From Felis catus (taxonomy: Eukaryota): DNA of 64,000 nucleotides. Below, piece after piece: positions 1-13,544 of this stretch (within the stretch, counting starts at the first letter, position 1; every line of letters starts with the position of its first letter). The position numbers were made by a program, and so were the translations under genes. The stretch lies in NCBI RefSeq assembly GCF_018350175.1, contig NC_058368.1:155870001-155934000 (forward strand), read 5' to 3'. The notes below the pieces were generated by a model that ran no database searches, was not told the origin of the DNA, and was given only the letters and a program-made list of their open reading frames with translations.

Positions 1-775
1 TCTTTCAGTTTTCTTGGGTTCATAGAATTATAATGAAAAGCACACCTGGAATACATAAGTTTGGGAACAAAATCATCTGGAGGTAAAGAAACATAGACTA
101 CTAGAGAATATCCAACACTAGCCACAATATTTAGGGTGAACTAGTCATTCAATAAGTTAGTGGGACAAGAGTCAGAAGTTCATTAATAAAGCTTCCTCTA
201 AATAATCAAATTGTTTCAGATACTTTAAGGACTATTAGCGTTTTTTAAATACTTAAGAGAATAATCTGTTCACCAAAGAAAATAAGTCTCATATAAAATT
301 GCATTTACTTAGAAAACCCTATAACCCAAAAAGGAGATTGTGCCAGGAAATCTCACCACCTTTCCTAATAAAGGTAATAATGTGAAAATAAAAAATACAG
401 ATTCTGACAGGAATTTTGATTAAGACAAAAGGTGAAGTTTGTGTGATAGTACTATAAAAAGACCAGGTGAGAGGGATGGTGTAGACAATGTCTCAGACAT
501 CAGTAAGTGATGTTCACAGTATGGCAATAATATAACACACACACTTCAGAAAGCATGGCCATGTATGAATCTATACCAATTAATCAGTTATTTTTAAATA
601 ACAAAATACAGCATATTATCTGTATAACTTTAAAATGGCAACTCAGCTAGATTTTCATGGAGAACTATTACAAACAAGGATCTTAACTTGGATTGTAAAC
701 ATTACAATCTCCAAATTATCCTTTAATAAAGACCTAATTTATAAAAAATTATTTTATAAAGAAAAGATTACTTTC

Positions 776-803
776 TTTTTTTTAATGTTGGTTTACTGGA
801 GGG

Positions 804-844
<41 letters not shown>

Positions 845-977
845 AGGGAGAATCTCAGGCAGCCTCCACTGCTCAGTGAGAAGCCTCACACGGGGCTTGA
901 TCTCACAATGGTGAGACCAGGACTTGAGCTGATATCAAGAGTCAGACCCTTAACCAACTGAGCCACCCAGGTACCCC
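776..977 (-). mobile_element. Can-SINE
   Basis: Poly-T, (GA)n and reverse tRNA-derived head; degenerate TSD aaagat..ttctt. Confidence 0.9.
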
Positions 978-1046
978 AAAGATGATCTTCTTAAATGCTC
1001 AACTTACTTCATTAAAAGAACTTACTATGTTTAAAATATTGATATA

Positions 1047-1230
1047 GGGGCACCTGGGTGGCTCAGTCGGTAAATGTCTGACTCTTGATTTCAGCTTAGG
1101 TCATGTTCTCACCATGGTGAGATGGAATCCCGTATTGGGCTCAGTAATGGGCATGGGGCCTGCTTGGGATTCTCTTCCCCTTGCTCTCTACCCCTCCCCC
1201 CCTCTCAAAATAAATAAATAAAAACTTAAA
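1047..1230 (+). mobile_element. Can-SINE (older subfamily)
   Basis: ggggcacctgggtggctcagtcgg head, CT tract, aataaa tail. Confidence 0.9.
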
Positions 1231-1262
1231 TTACTGACTTACAGCATTACAAAGAATGGCTT

Positions 1263-1482
1263 GGGGTGCCTAGGTGGCTCAATCAGTTGAGCAACTGACT
1301 TCAGCTCAGGTCATGATCTTGCAGTTCGTGAATTTGAACCCCATGTTGGGCTTTGTGCTGACAGCTCAGAGTCTGGAGCCTACTTAGGATTCTGTGTCTC
1401 CCTCTCTCTCTGCCCCTTCCCTGCTCATTCCCTCCCTTCCTCTCTCTTTCTCTCTCTCAAAATAAATAAACATTTTTAAAAA
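1263..1482 (+). mobile_element. Can-SINE (SINEC_Fc-like)
   Basis: Head, gctgacagctcagag segment, (CT)n and A tail. Confidence 0.92.
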
Positions 1483-1599
1483 ATGGGTTTATTACTACTT
1501 GAATGTCAAACCTTCCCATTCTACATAAATACATGTGAAGTCCCAACAGGAAAAATGCATCAAATCCCATAATAAAACTCAACAGAAATATCATACTGT

Positions 1600-2350
1600 C
1601 ATTTTATTTAGTATTCAGGTAAAATATATTACTGAGCACTGGTCCTGTGCCAGGCTCTCTGCTGGGCACCAGGAACAATGTTATAAACCAAATGAGCAGC
1701 CTCTGACTTCAATTAGCTTACAATTCAGAGAGAAAGAAGTATCTAAGAAAGATAGACATTAAACACAAGAAAAAACAAAATGTTCCATAAGTTATGACAG
1801 TAAATACTGGCATCTATGAGAATCTAACCTAATCCTGGATCAGAGAAGTTCTCACTAAAGAAGTTATTACCTGAAGGATGCCTAGCAGTTAGATGGACAA
1901 AAGGAGAAAGAAGTGTTTCATGCAAAAAAGAGAGGCCATATTAAGGCTGTGAAAAAAAAAAAAAACAAACAAACTCCAAATAACTCATTAAGTTCATAAT
2001 GGCTTGAGTTGAGAGTAGGACAGAGGAAATGAAGTTACACAGTTCTGCTCAGACCTTGTAATCCACATGAAGTAGTCAGGCCTCTATCCTAAAGTCACCA
2101 TGAAATAGAAGGGATTAATGTTTGTAACTTTGGAATAGCATTTTGGCTTCAGAGTGGGGCTGGCAAGAAATACACTTAGCCAGGGAGATGAGTCAGGAGA
2201 ACTACGTGAATCACTTCCGCTCATCTCCATGTGACTTCAGTGTACAGAAATCATCATTCCTTCTCCTTGATATATATTCTTCACATGGCTTTAAGGACAT
2301 CACAAGTCTCATGGTTTTCCTCCTACTTCAATGACTGTTCTTTTTAGTCT
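1600..2350. mobile_element. Degraded L2 fragments
   Basis: tattactgagcactggtcctgtgccagg resembles a reverse L2 3' end; 2200-2350 resembles L2 body sequence. Confidence 0.5.
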
Positions 2351-3147
2351 CCACTGAACTGTAGATAAACCTGATGTTCCTTTCAAAAGTAGAAAAGTTG
2401 AGGTTAAAGTCAAAAACAAAAAGAAGAAATAGTAGTTGAAGGTAAATGAATGAATACGTATGCAATTAGTAAAATCTAACACTACAGTGGTGCCTTGACA
2501 TAGGTTGATAGCAAGAAAATTATATTGTGTCTCAGAACAACTATACCAGAGACCCCAAAGGGTGAAGCTATGTGTCTGTCAAGACGGTTTCTGCTTTGGA
2601 ACCTGATAAGATCTAACCTGAGTAGCATCATATTGGAGACATTTTGGTCACTTACTGTGATGATGAACAGGTTCAATTCTTAATGAATAAATGGAACTCT
2701 ACTATTATACCAGTATCTTTTGATTATTACTTTTCAGGTTACATGTACTACAAAGGATATCATTTGGTAAGGGATTACTAGGAATTGCTCCCTGCTGGGC
2801 CATCAAATTATTCACTATGCAACACGCACCCAACTGATCACTGTGTAACTACACTTTAATGACTGAAAGCATAGAAAGGTTCAAGGCTATAATGGACAAA
2901 ATATAGTTGCCACATGCCTGTCATGATGTAGTGTGCTTTGTACAGACATGTATCACCTTTGCTTCTCTGGGTGGAAAGCTAATGAACAGGAGAGAAAGAA
3001 ACAGTGGGTTTCTTGTGGGCACAGAGCAGGAGGCAACACAAGGTGGGCCAGATTTCCCTCAGGGAATGACTCCACCCTGAGCCTGAAGAAGGTGATGTGA
3101 AGTCTTAAGGCACATTCATACTAAATTACATGCAGGTATGATCACCA

Positions 3148-3543
3148 TCTGCATTATGTGTCACCTTGGCTAGGCTACGGTCCTCAGATGCATGGTCAGA
3201 CATTATTTTGGCTATTTCTGTGAGGATGATGAATGAGATTTACATTTAAATTGGTGGTTTTAAGTAAAGCAGGCTGCCCTCAGTAATGTGAGTGGGCCTC
3301 AACCACACCTGAAGGGCATAATAGAATGAAAAGCTTCCAAGCAAGAGGTTATTCTGCCTGTAGATTGTTTTTGAACTCAAACTGCAACATAAATTCTTCC
3401 TTTACTCTCCAGCCTGTAGGTCACTGATCAGATTTTGGACTCACGCAGCCCCTACAAGTTCAAGAGCCAATTGCCTAAAATAACCTATTTCTCTCTATAT
3501 ACACAATCTATTGTTTCTGTTTCTCTGGAGAACCCTAACACAG
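3148..3543 (+). mobile_element. MLT2-type ERV-L solo LTR
   Basis: tatgtgtcaccttggctaggcta start and tctgtttctctggagaaccctaac end, both typical of MLT2. Confidence 0.8.
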
Positions 3544-3869
3544 TATCCATTTAGGCTTAGTTTAGCCCCGACACATTTACTAAAGAGAGAGAGAGAGAGA
3601 GATAAACACTAAGGGAAATAAAATATAATAGCTGTTATAATAGAATCATTTTAAAAGCACATATGAGACACAAAGGAGGGACATGTCCATTCTAGACTAT
3701 ATGGATCAGAGTAAGTTTTCTTAGAGGTTGATCTAAGCCTGAAAGATGAATAAAGAGTCTGCAAGCAGATCGGAGGGGGGTGGTGAAGCAACACCCCTGG
3801 CACTAAATGGTCTCTGCATGAGAAGCCCAGAGATATAAAATGGACTGGCATATTAGAAAACCACAAATA

Positions 3870-4098
3870 GGGGTGCCTGGGTGGTTAAGTTGGTTAAGCA
3901 TCCGACTTCGGCTCAGGTCATGATCTCACAGTTTGTGAGTTTGAGCCCCACGTTGGGCGCTGTTGCTGTCAGTTCAGAGCCTGAAGCCTGCTTCGGATTG
4001 TGTCTCCTTCTCTCTCTGACCTTCCCCCACTCACGCTCTGTCTCTCTCTGTCTCTCAAAAAATGAATAAATGTTAAAAATTAAAAAAAAAAACAAAAA
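3870..4098 (+). mobile_element. Can-SINE (SINEC_Fc-like)
   Basis: Head, CT tract, A tail, degenerate TSD. Confidence 0.92.
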
Positions 4099-4397
4099 AC
4101 ACAAGTAAGTTTCTACAGCTTTAAGCATAGGGTGAGTGGGGACTAGACAAGAGAGGAAAGGCAAGTGAAACTCAAACCAGAAAAATACAATAGGGCCAAC
4201 TCATGAAATGTCTGCTTTGAGAATGCAAGCAGTTTGAATTTTATTTTGTAGGGAAACATATAAAGGTTCTGAAACAGGCAAACTTGATCGTAGTTGCAGT
4301 TTTAAAAGGTACCTCTGGTAGTAGTGGTAAGAACAAGGTCAAAGAGATGGAAATGGTGGGAGGGAGGCAGGCAAGGATGTACCACATTGGAGGTCAC

Positions 4398-4585
4398 TGC
4401 CTTGGTCTGATAAGGCTGCCATAACAAAGTACCAAAGACTAGGTAGCTTAAACAACAGAAATTTATTTCTCATATTTCTGGCCAAGAACAAGGTGCTAAT
4501 TGATTTGGTTCCTAGTAAGAGCTCTCTTCCTGTCTTGCAGTCACCTTCTTGCTATGTCTTCACATGACCTTTTCCCAGTGTGTGC

Positions 4586-4632
<47 letters not shown>

Positions 4633-4811
4633 TCTCGCACTCTCTCCTTTTTTGTGTAAAGCTACAAATCCTAACAAATTAGAACCCCACCCTTATGACC
4701 TCATTTAACCTAAATTATCTCCTAAAAGTCCTATCTCCAAATACAATCACATTTAAGGCTTAGGGCTCCAACATGTAAATTTTGAGAGGGGGACACAATT
4801 CAGTTCCATAC
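4398..4811 (-). mobile_element. MLT1 (MaLR) solo LTR with internal (GA)n
   Basis: ggctgccataacaaagtacca...aacaacagaaatttatttctca and ggggacacaattcag hallmarks. Confidence 0.85.
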
Positions 4812-5104
4812 CTGAATTGTAGTAAAGAGTTAAGAGGTGATATATACCTAAGCAGAACCAAAGCAGTGGAGATGAAGAAAGATGTGAGCTAAGAAGGTAA
4901 AATAACAAGACCTGGTCACAAGGGAAACATGAAAAGTGAAAGGACTATGAAGTTTCTGACTTACATAACTGGATAAATGGTAATTCCACCCAATAAAACT
5001 GGGAAAGCAGGCTATTGACCCATCAGACCTACTCCCAGTGAAGAGTAGAAATGAGATGTCAGGCTGAAAACAGAGGGATTACTCTAGAATCTATCTAATG
5101 AACA

Positions 5105-5525
5105 CTCAACAACAAAGTCAGAGATTTGATTTTTGCCATAGTTACTATCTAATCTGTTAGCCTGTTACTGTTTTGTTGATGCTGACAGCAGACAGAGAAT
5201 TCTGGGTCAGAGACAAAGATCTTTATTAATCATGACATAGCATAACCATGTATATACATTGGTTCCCTGGATCCTAAATTCCTAGGGGGTAACGTTATAT
5301 GAGCCTGGATGGATGCTGTACCCACAGTAGTTTGACATGACGGTGAGGAATATGAAGCTTGAGGAGCCTACCACTTTATAGAAAGCTGTAAGCAATCCTA
5401 TCCCTCAAGATCACTTACCACAAACACAACTGTGAGAAATGGCCTATGTAAAAAGTAGGGAGGGCCTTGAATTCTTAGCATACGTAGAAAAACATGTAAG
5501 AGCATGAGAAAGTTGTGCCACAACA
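5105..5525 (-). mobile_element. ERVL-class LTR (MER54/74/76-like)
   Basis: Shares gttagcctg...ctgggtcagagacaaag with 17945-18428; the reverse strand starts TGTTG. Confidence 0.6.
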
Positions 5526-5789
5526 TTCACCGACCTAGTTATTTCCCTCCTGGCTCCAAATGCATTTATGCCCCATAATACTAAGTAAAGTATCCCTTAA
5601 AAATGGAACAAACTATTTGAAGACAACCCAAATACTAGAATGGATGCTGTTATCCTCAAGAAAAGTATACCAATTCTAATATTTGAAGGGTCCCAAACAA
5701 AACAGTATCTGTACTATTCAAAAACACTGAAGTAAAGCCTTCCCCACTCATGTATGAGAAGCTCAAACTCTTTCAAGTTTCCTATCATC

Positions 5790-8700
5790 TTCCATTTTTC
5801 CCCCAAAATTTAACAGTGAAACTTTCCAAACATATAGAAAAGTTGAAAAATAATACAATAAATACCTTTACACTTAGCACTTTCACTGAACAACTGTTAA
5901 CAACATTTTGGCATATATGCTTTTTATTTCTGTAGGCTTTTCTCCTTTCTTAAGAAACATTTAAAAATAGTATGCTTTGTCCGATGTGTCCTTGTGATGT
6001 CATTTACTTTTTTCTCTATTTCCTATATCTCATGAAAATGGGAAGATACATCTAAAGGTCTGATTAGAGTCAGATTTAAAATATATTACCAGAATATTCA
6101 GTTAATACTCTGTACTTCAAATTGCATCACATCAAAAAAAAAAAAAAACCCTCAGTGTCAAGTTATTCTATTACTAGTAATACTGTTTACTTAAGTAAAG
6201 TGCCCATAGTTAGATCTTTTTTAAGGTATGTATTTTTCCCTTAACAATTGCAAGAAATCTCTGAGGAGATACTTTGGTACTATGCAAATATTCTATGCAA
6301 ATATACTATGCAAACAGTCCCTCATATCCTTTAACCTGATGAGATAAGCATCCACTGATGATTATTATCTGAATTCATTAGTTTGTGGAGGGGTTGTACA
6401 TTAGTTTTCTGTTATTAATGGAACAAAATTACCACAAACTTAACAGCTTTAAATAACACAGTTTAGCATCTCACGACCTGTAGATCACAAGTCTGCATTG
6501 GTTCTACAGGTTTCTCTGCTCCAGGTTTCACAAGGCCAAAATCAAGGCATCAGCCTACAGGTTCTTATCAGGGGATTCTGGAAGGAATTTGCTTCCCAGT
6601 TCCTTCAGGCTGTTGGCAAAATCTAGTCCAGTGAGGAGGTTGCAGACCTAAGATCAACATTTCCTTGAGGGCTATTAGCACAGGAACACCCTTAGCTCCC
6701 AAAGGCTTCCCTCTGGTCCCTGCACCTCAGGGCAACAATGGCATGTTGAATCCTCCTCATGTTTGGATCCTCTGGCTTTCCTTCTGCTACATCTCTCTTA
6801 ATTCCTCTTCTGCCAAATCTCTGCCACCGACTCTTTCTGCCTTTCTGTCAGTTTTCAAAACTCTTGTAACTGCACTGGGTCCACCCAGATAATCCAGAAT
6901 AATCTATTTTAAACTCAGCTGAAGAGTAATCTTAATTACATCTACAAAGTCCCTTCACAGTAGTACCTAGATTAGTGTTTGAGGAAATAGAAAAATGGGA
7001 CTTTTCTAAAACGATTTTTAGAATTATGCTATCATAGGTGGCAAAACTGACTTTCTAATTCTATCATATTTACTATTTTTACTAGCCAGTACCCTTTGAT
7101 AGAGAAGAATATTCCTTCTTTACTAGCAAATGAACTATATAGTTTCTTATAAGAAGATTAGCTGCTCAATTCTTTTCTTTTGATTACCAATTTTTACATA
7201 ATTTTCATCTGATTATGGTAAATTAACTAGATTTTTTTTTAAATATTAAGACATGGTGATTTTTTATTAAGTGTTTTATAATCATTAGAATGCTTATTCT
7301 GTTTTATCCTCAAATTGACCCAATTTTGGCCAAAAGAAGCCCTTTCAGATCGGCTATTCTGTCCTTTTCACATACTTCCACTAGAGTAAGTGTATCCTGT
7401 CTGGTAAAACATCATGTGATAGGCTCATCTTCTATATTTCCAGTCCCTGATCTGGAATCAGACTTTTCTTCAATGACCCCTGGCTCCTAGTAAAATGCAT
7501 TTACTAGGCAATGCATTTAGACACCAAAATGTTACCACTAAGGGCACTCAATGGTAAGAGGGAGCCACTATCTCCAGGCCTCCAGGCCTTTTTAGTGAGT
7601 AGAGCCAGGAATATACATTTTGAAAACATAGTAAGTGTGTAGTGATATTCCAAAATTAAAATTTTTCTCTACATGGGTTTTCCTAACTTCTTTGTTACAT
7701 TTTGGATCTCTTTTCTCTAATCCTGAAAATCATAGCTCACAATTACATTTACGTATTTACTTATTTGCTTTAAAAACCACATTCATAAAATGGCATCAAA
7801 ATTATTATACCAGTATCACTATTAACAATAAAACCAATGAGTTAATTTTAACATTTCACTGGCCATTCTCAACCATAGGACAAATCCAACAAAGGAAGTA
7901 CCAAGTACTGTATCCAAAAGTCCTCAGAAGTAATTCTTTATTTCCTCTTTGGTTATGTTACTAACTACATATACACTTTATCCTGTTTTAATTTTTGTGG
8001 TATGTTTTTTTCCTTAACGTATTAAAATGCCAATGGTTCAAAAATCAAAACTATACAAAAAGGTATTAGAGATTTCTCAATGCCATCCCTTCATCTCATT
8101 CCTCCAAATTCCCCATAAATATTAATTTCAAGATTATTTTCCAGGTTTTTTTTCAGAAAAATAAAAAAAAAAAACAAATATATGCATTTTCCCCTAATTT
8201 TTCACACAAAAGGGAAAATACATCTGTAATTGTGTACAACACTGGCAATTTCTCATCTAAAGGGATTATACTACTTTATTCTATATTCCCATGAGAAACA
8301 TATAAAAAGGTCCTTTCTTACCACAGCCTGAGTATGCCATCAAGCTTATAGATTTTTGTAAACCTGACAGGTGAGAAATGTTACTTTGACACAGTCTTCA
8401 TTAACACATCTCTTGCTCTGAGTGAAGTTAAATGTCTTTTCATATGTTTAAGGATAGTTGCATTATTTTCCCTGAACTGCTTGTTCCTGCATATTGCCCA
8501 CTGGTGAGGATTTTTGTGGGGTTTATTTTGTTTTGTTTTGTCTGGGCCTTTTCAAGTCTTAGAAAAATATAGTATTCTTTGACAATTTCCTTGCTATCTA
8601 ATATTACAAGATATTCCAGGCTCATATCAATTGTTTCTGGCCACACACTGAAACATTTCTCCAAAGAATTTGTATTGCTTTAATGAGAAACAGTATTTCA

Positions 8701-9050
8701 AAACAACAATCATTGATACTGGGTTGGTATTTCAAAAATACAATCAATGCTATTGGGTTCATGGGATTAATTTAATTTTTTTTTTTGCGTTTAGACCTCT
8801 GATCCATTTGGAGTTCATTTTGGTGCACATTGTGATGAATGGTCAAATTTTATATTCTTACAAATGATTATCTATCAGTTACTTAAAGTTCCTTTTCCCC
8901 CAGTGATTTACAACTACACTATAATATAAACTATATTTCCATGTGTATTTGAAAACTTTTAATGTATTTATGGACTTCGTATTCTGTTCAATTGGTCTCT
9001 AAGTTTGTTCATATGTCAATACTACATTGTTTTAAAGAGGCTTACAGTTT
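5790..9050 (-). mobile_element. Old fragmented L1 (L1ME/MC-like 3' region), interrupted by an MLT1
   Basis: aaacatatagaaaagttgaaaaataataca type reverse 3' end; gatccatttggagttcattttgg reverse ORF2 remnant near 8800. Confidence 0.6.
6395..7035 (-). mobile_element. MLT1 (MaLR) solo LTR
   Basis: aattaccacaaacttaacagcttt, cccagataatccag and cttaattacatctacaaagtccc motifs. Confidence 0.8.
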
Positions 9051-9724
9051 TTCTCAAGTGGGTTTTCTTATTATTTCAGTGACTACTTCTTCAATTCTAA
9101 GATGTCCAATTACTAACACCAACCTAGATACAGTATTCCACTTATAGAATTAGATGCTAAAGACAGATGGAAATCAAAAGAGACTGCTGACCAACCCTGG
9201 TTCTTCATTTCTACCAGAGAAAGTTAAATTTGATGTCAGCAATAAGTAGACTAAGAGAGAGGAAGGGGAAAGAAAAATTAGAAATTAAACCATTATAATA
9301 TTAATAATAAAGTTAAATTAGAAATGTTAAACAGCACAGTTCTATTTCTGATTCCATGCTCCTAGCATTTGCATGGCAAGTTTGGAATATAAAATGATAT
9401 CATATGTATGCATCCTACTTGTTCATCACAACAGTATGAATAATTTTATTTGCACATTATAGTGGTGTATCAAAAATATTCTTTTTCTAAAGTCATACAG
9501 ATAGTACTGAGCCAAAATTAGGACCCATATTTCTGGATGGCTAGCCATTTCTTTCTGTCACAACATAAGATCTGTGAATTTCACATTATATTAAGGTATT
9601 AATTATACACACATAATCATATTATATTTAAAGATTTTAATATTAAAATGTTAATTTGTATTATTGTTCCTTAAGTTGTTCCTATTCCAAATACCTAAAT
9701 ATGGCAATTGAAAAAAAAGCCTTA

Positions 9725-12700
9725 AGAGAAGGAGATGGTGGCTGAGTAGGACAACCCTAGGCTCAACCTCATCCCAGGAATACAACTTGCTAACTATCAA
9801 ACATCCTAAATACACCAGAAATCAACCTGAAAACTGACAAAACAAACTTAACAACCCCATAACCAGTGGCTTGGAAAACTAGATGGGTTGAATTTGATGA
9901 GTTGTTGAAATCAGCAGGGCTTAAAACCTGGAGTTTTAAAGGTCAGTGGGCTTGGCTAGGATAGAGCCTGGAGGGAACTGCAGTGCCTGGAGACAAGGCA
10001 AGCAAACAACCTGGGGGAATAAAGCCTGGAAATAGCAATTGGAAGAGTGTCTAGGGCACATAATGCAGAGATTCTTTGCTCTTCTCTGAGCATGTCCCTG
10101 GGAGGCAGCATTCACAGAGACATGGCTCCTGGAACAAAGGAGCTGGCCAGTGCCATTTCTCTCCCTTAGCCCTTACCATAAATACAGAGTCACCTGTGGG
10201 AAGCAGCACAGCATGGACACTGGCTACCTAACTTACTTACATGAAGTCTCATCCACCAGGAGTTTGTGGAACTGCCTTTCTCAGTCACGCTTGCCTGAGT
10301 CCCAGTGTGGTGCACCCCACCCCAGAAGACCAGCAAAAATCCCTGCCTACACGATGTCTCCAGACCAGAAGGCTCTACAGGGCCTCAGTTCCAGTGGAGG
10401 TGATGACAGGTCTCATTTCACAAGCAGACCAGAGCACACCCAGTTAAAACTCGCCACATTCAGGCCAAGAAATAACCACTACCAAAAGCAGGCAAGAAGA
10501 ACCACTGCAGATGACCAGCCTGAAGGACAGAGCAGCCAGAAAACAACAGAAGAGCACACAAAGCACACACTCCCCAAAGTGCTAGGCCCTAGACACTACT
10601 GACCCCTTCTTTATAAGGTCATTACTTTCAGTAATAGGAGATATAACTGGCTTTTATAACACAGAGAAGCAGGCAAAGACTTACACAAAATGAGAAGACA
10701 GAGGAATTTATCCCAAATAAAAGAACAAGATATAGTCAAGGCCAGAGATCTAAATGAAAAAGATATATGTAACATGCCTGAAGGAGAATTTAAAGAAACA
10801 ATCACATGGATACTAACTTGACTTAAGGAAAGAATGGAAGACATCAGTGAGACCCTTACTACAGAGATAAAAGACTTAAAAAAGAATCAGAGATGAAGAG
10901 TGCAATAAATGAGATTAAAAACACACTTGATGTGGGCGCCTGGGTGGCTCAGTCAGTTAAGCAGCCAACTCTTGATTTCAGCTCAGGCCATGATCTCACA
11001 GTACCTCAGATCAAGGCCCATGCTCTCAGTGCAGAGCCTGCTTGGGATTCTCTCTCCCCCTCTCTGCCCCTCCCTTACACATGCTCTCTTGCTCTTGCTT
11101 CCCCATAAACATAGGGAAGAAAATCACACTTGATGCGATACATAACAGGCTAGAAGAAGCAGAGAAAAAATTAATGACATAGAAAATAAAGTAATGGAAA
11201 GCAATGAAGCTGAACAAAAGAGAAAGAAATACACAAAATGATAAGACTTAGGGAACTCAGTGACTACATCAAATATAATTATATTCATATTACAGGAGTA
11301 CCAGGAGAAGAGAGAGAAAGGGGTGGCAGAAAATGTATTTGAAGAAATAATACGTGAAAACTTCCTAATCTGAGGAAGGAAACAGACACCCACATCCAGA
11401 AGCACAGAGTACTCGCATCAAATCAACAAAAGGAGGCCAACATCAAGACGTATTGTAATTAAATTGGCAAAGTGTAGTGATAAAAAAATTTTAAAAGAAG
11501 CAAGACAAAAGAAGTCATTAATTTACAAGGGGAAACTCACAAGGCTAGCAGATTTTTCAACAGGAACTTGGCAAGTCAGAAGGGAGTGGCAAGATATATT
11601 CAAAGTACTGAATGGGAAAAAATGTGCAGCCAAGAATATTCTATCCAGCAAGGCTATCATTCAGGACAGAAGGAGAGATGAAGAGTTTTCCAGACAAACA
11701 AAAGCTAAAGGAGTTTATGACCACTAAACCAGCCCTATAAGAAATGCTAAAGGTGACTCTTTGAGTGGAAAGGAGAGAGCAAAAGTGATAATATAAAGAC
11801 AGGAAACACAAAAGCAGTAAAAATGAATATTCCTGAAAAAATAAGTCAAGGAACCCCCAAGATAAAAGGATATAAAATATAATAACATATACCTAAATTG
11901 TGGGGAGGAGAGGAGAAAAGAATGGGTTCAAACTTAAATATCCATCAACTTAATACAGATTGCTATATACAGAAGAGGCTAATGGTAACTACACATCAAA
12001 AGTCCCAAATAAACATGCAAAGAATAAAGAGAAAGAAATCCAAATATAGACTAAAGAAAATCAGCAAAACATGGAAATACAAGAAAGGATCAGAGAAAAT
12101 CTCCAGAAACAACCACAAAACAAGCAATAAAATGGCAATAAATACATATCTGTCAATAATTACATTGAAGATATATCGACTAAAAGCTCTAATCAAAAGA
12201 CACAGGGTGTCAGAATATTAAAAAAAAAAAAAAAAGACACATCTATATGCTGCCTGCAAAAGACCAGTTTTAGACCTAAAGACACCTGCAGATTCAAAGT
12301 GAGGCAATGGAAACATTTACCATGCAAATGGATATCAAAAGAAAGCTGGAGTAGTAACACTTACACTGGACAAACTAGACTTTAAAACAAAGTCAGTAAC
12401 AAGAGAGAAACAAGGGCAGTGTATAAACATTAAGGAGACAATCCAACAAGAATATATAACAATTGTAAATATTTATGTATGCAACATGAAAGTACCCAAA
12501 TACATAAAACAATAACAAACATAAAGGAACTAATCAGTATTAGTATAATAATAGTAGGGGATTTTATCACTCTACTTACATCAATGGATAGATCATCTAA
12601 ACAGAAAATCAACAAGGAAACAATGGCTTTGAATGATAGACTGGACAAGATAGACTTAACAGATATTTTCAGAACATACACATTCTTTTCAAGTACACAA

Positions 12701-13544
12701 GGAACATTCTCCAGAAAAGATCACATATTAGGCCATAAAACAAGTCTCAACAAATTCAAAAAGATCCAAGTCATTCCATGCTTCTTTTCTGACCACAACA
12801 CTATGAAACTAGAAATCAAACACGTGAAAAAAATCTAGAAAGAACACAAACACATGGGTTAAATAACATGTTACTAAATAATAAATGGATCAACCAAGAA
12901 ATAAAAGAAGAAATAAAAAATTACGTGGAGAGAAATGAAAATGAAAACAAATGGTACAAAGTCTCTTTGATGCAGCAAATGCAATTCTAAGAGGGAAGTT
13001 TACAGCAATATAGGCCTACCTCAAGAGGTAAGAAAAGTCTCAAACTCCCCTAAAGGAGCTAGAAAAAGAACAACAAATGAAGCCTACAGTCAGTAGAAGG
13101 AAAAAAAAAATAATAAAGATTAGAGAAGAAATAAATGATATAGAAACTAAAAAAACAAAACAAAAAAATAGAACACATCAATGAAATCAGGAGCTTGTTC
13201 TTAAAAAAAAGCCAATAAAATTTTTAAACCTCTAGTGAGATTTAGCAAAAAGAAAAGAAAAAGGACTCAAATAAATAAAATCACAAATGAGAGAGGGTTA
13301 ATAACAACCAACACCACAAAAATACAAATAATTGTTAAGAGAATATTAGGAAAACCTACATGCAAATAAACTGGACAAGCTAGAAGAAATGGATAAATTC
13401 CTAGAAACGTATAAATTACCAAAACTAAAACAGGAAGAAACAGAAAATTTGAACAGACCAATAACTACAAAGAAATTGAATCAGTAATCAAAAAACTCCC
13501 ACAAACAAAAATGCAGGACCAGATGGCTTCACACGTGAAAAAAA
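9725..13544 (+). mobile_element. Carnivore L1 5' half: 5'UTR, disrupted ORF1 (ATG 10690), ORF2 endonuclease region (ATG 12132), 3'-truncated
   Basis: ORF1-like peptide RLADFSTGTWQVRREWQDIFK and endonuclease motifs YLSIITL, IIVGDF, DHILGH, SDHN, with many stops and frameshifts. Confidence 0.95.
10933..11122 (+). mobile_element. Can-SINE inserted in L1 ORF1
   Basis: SINE head and CT tract flanked by TSD cacacttgatg. Confidence 0.9.

Noticed and set aside
2738..2766. Plus-strand 29-nt mini-exon (ttttcag|...TTG|gtaagg)
   Set aside because: Antisense to the gene with no partner exon; expected by chance.
10150..10602. Longest ORF in the track (150 aa)
   Set aside because: GTG start, lies in the L1 5'UTR, no recognisable domain.
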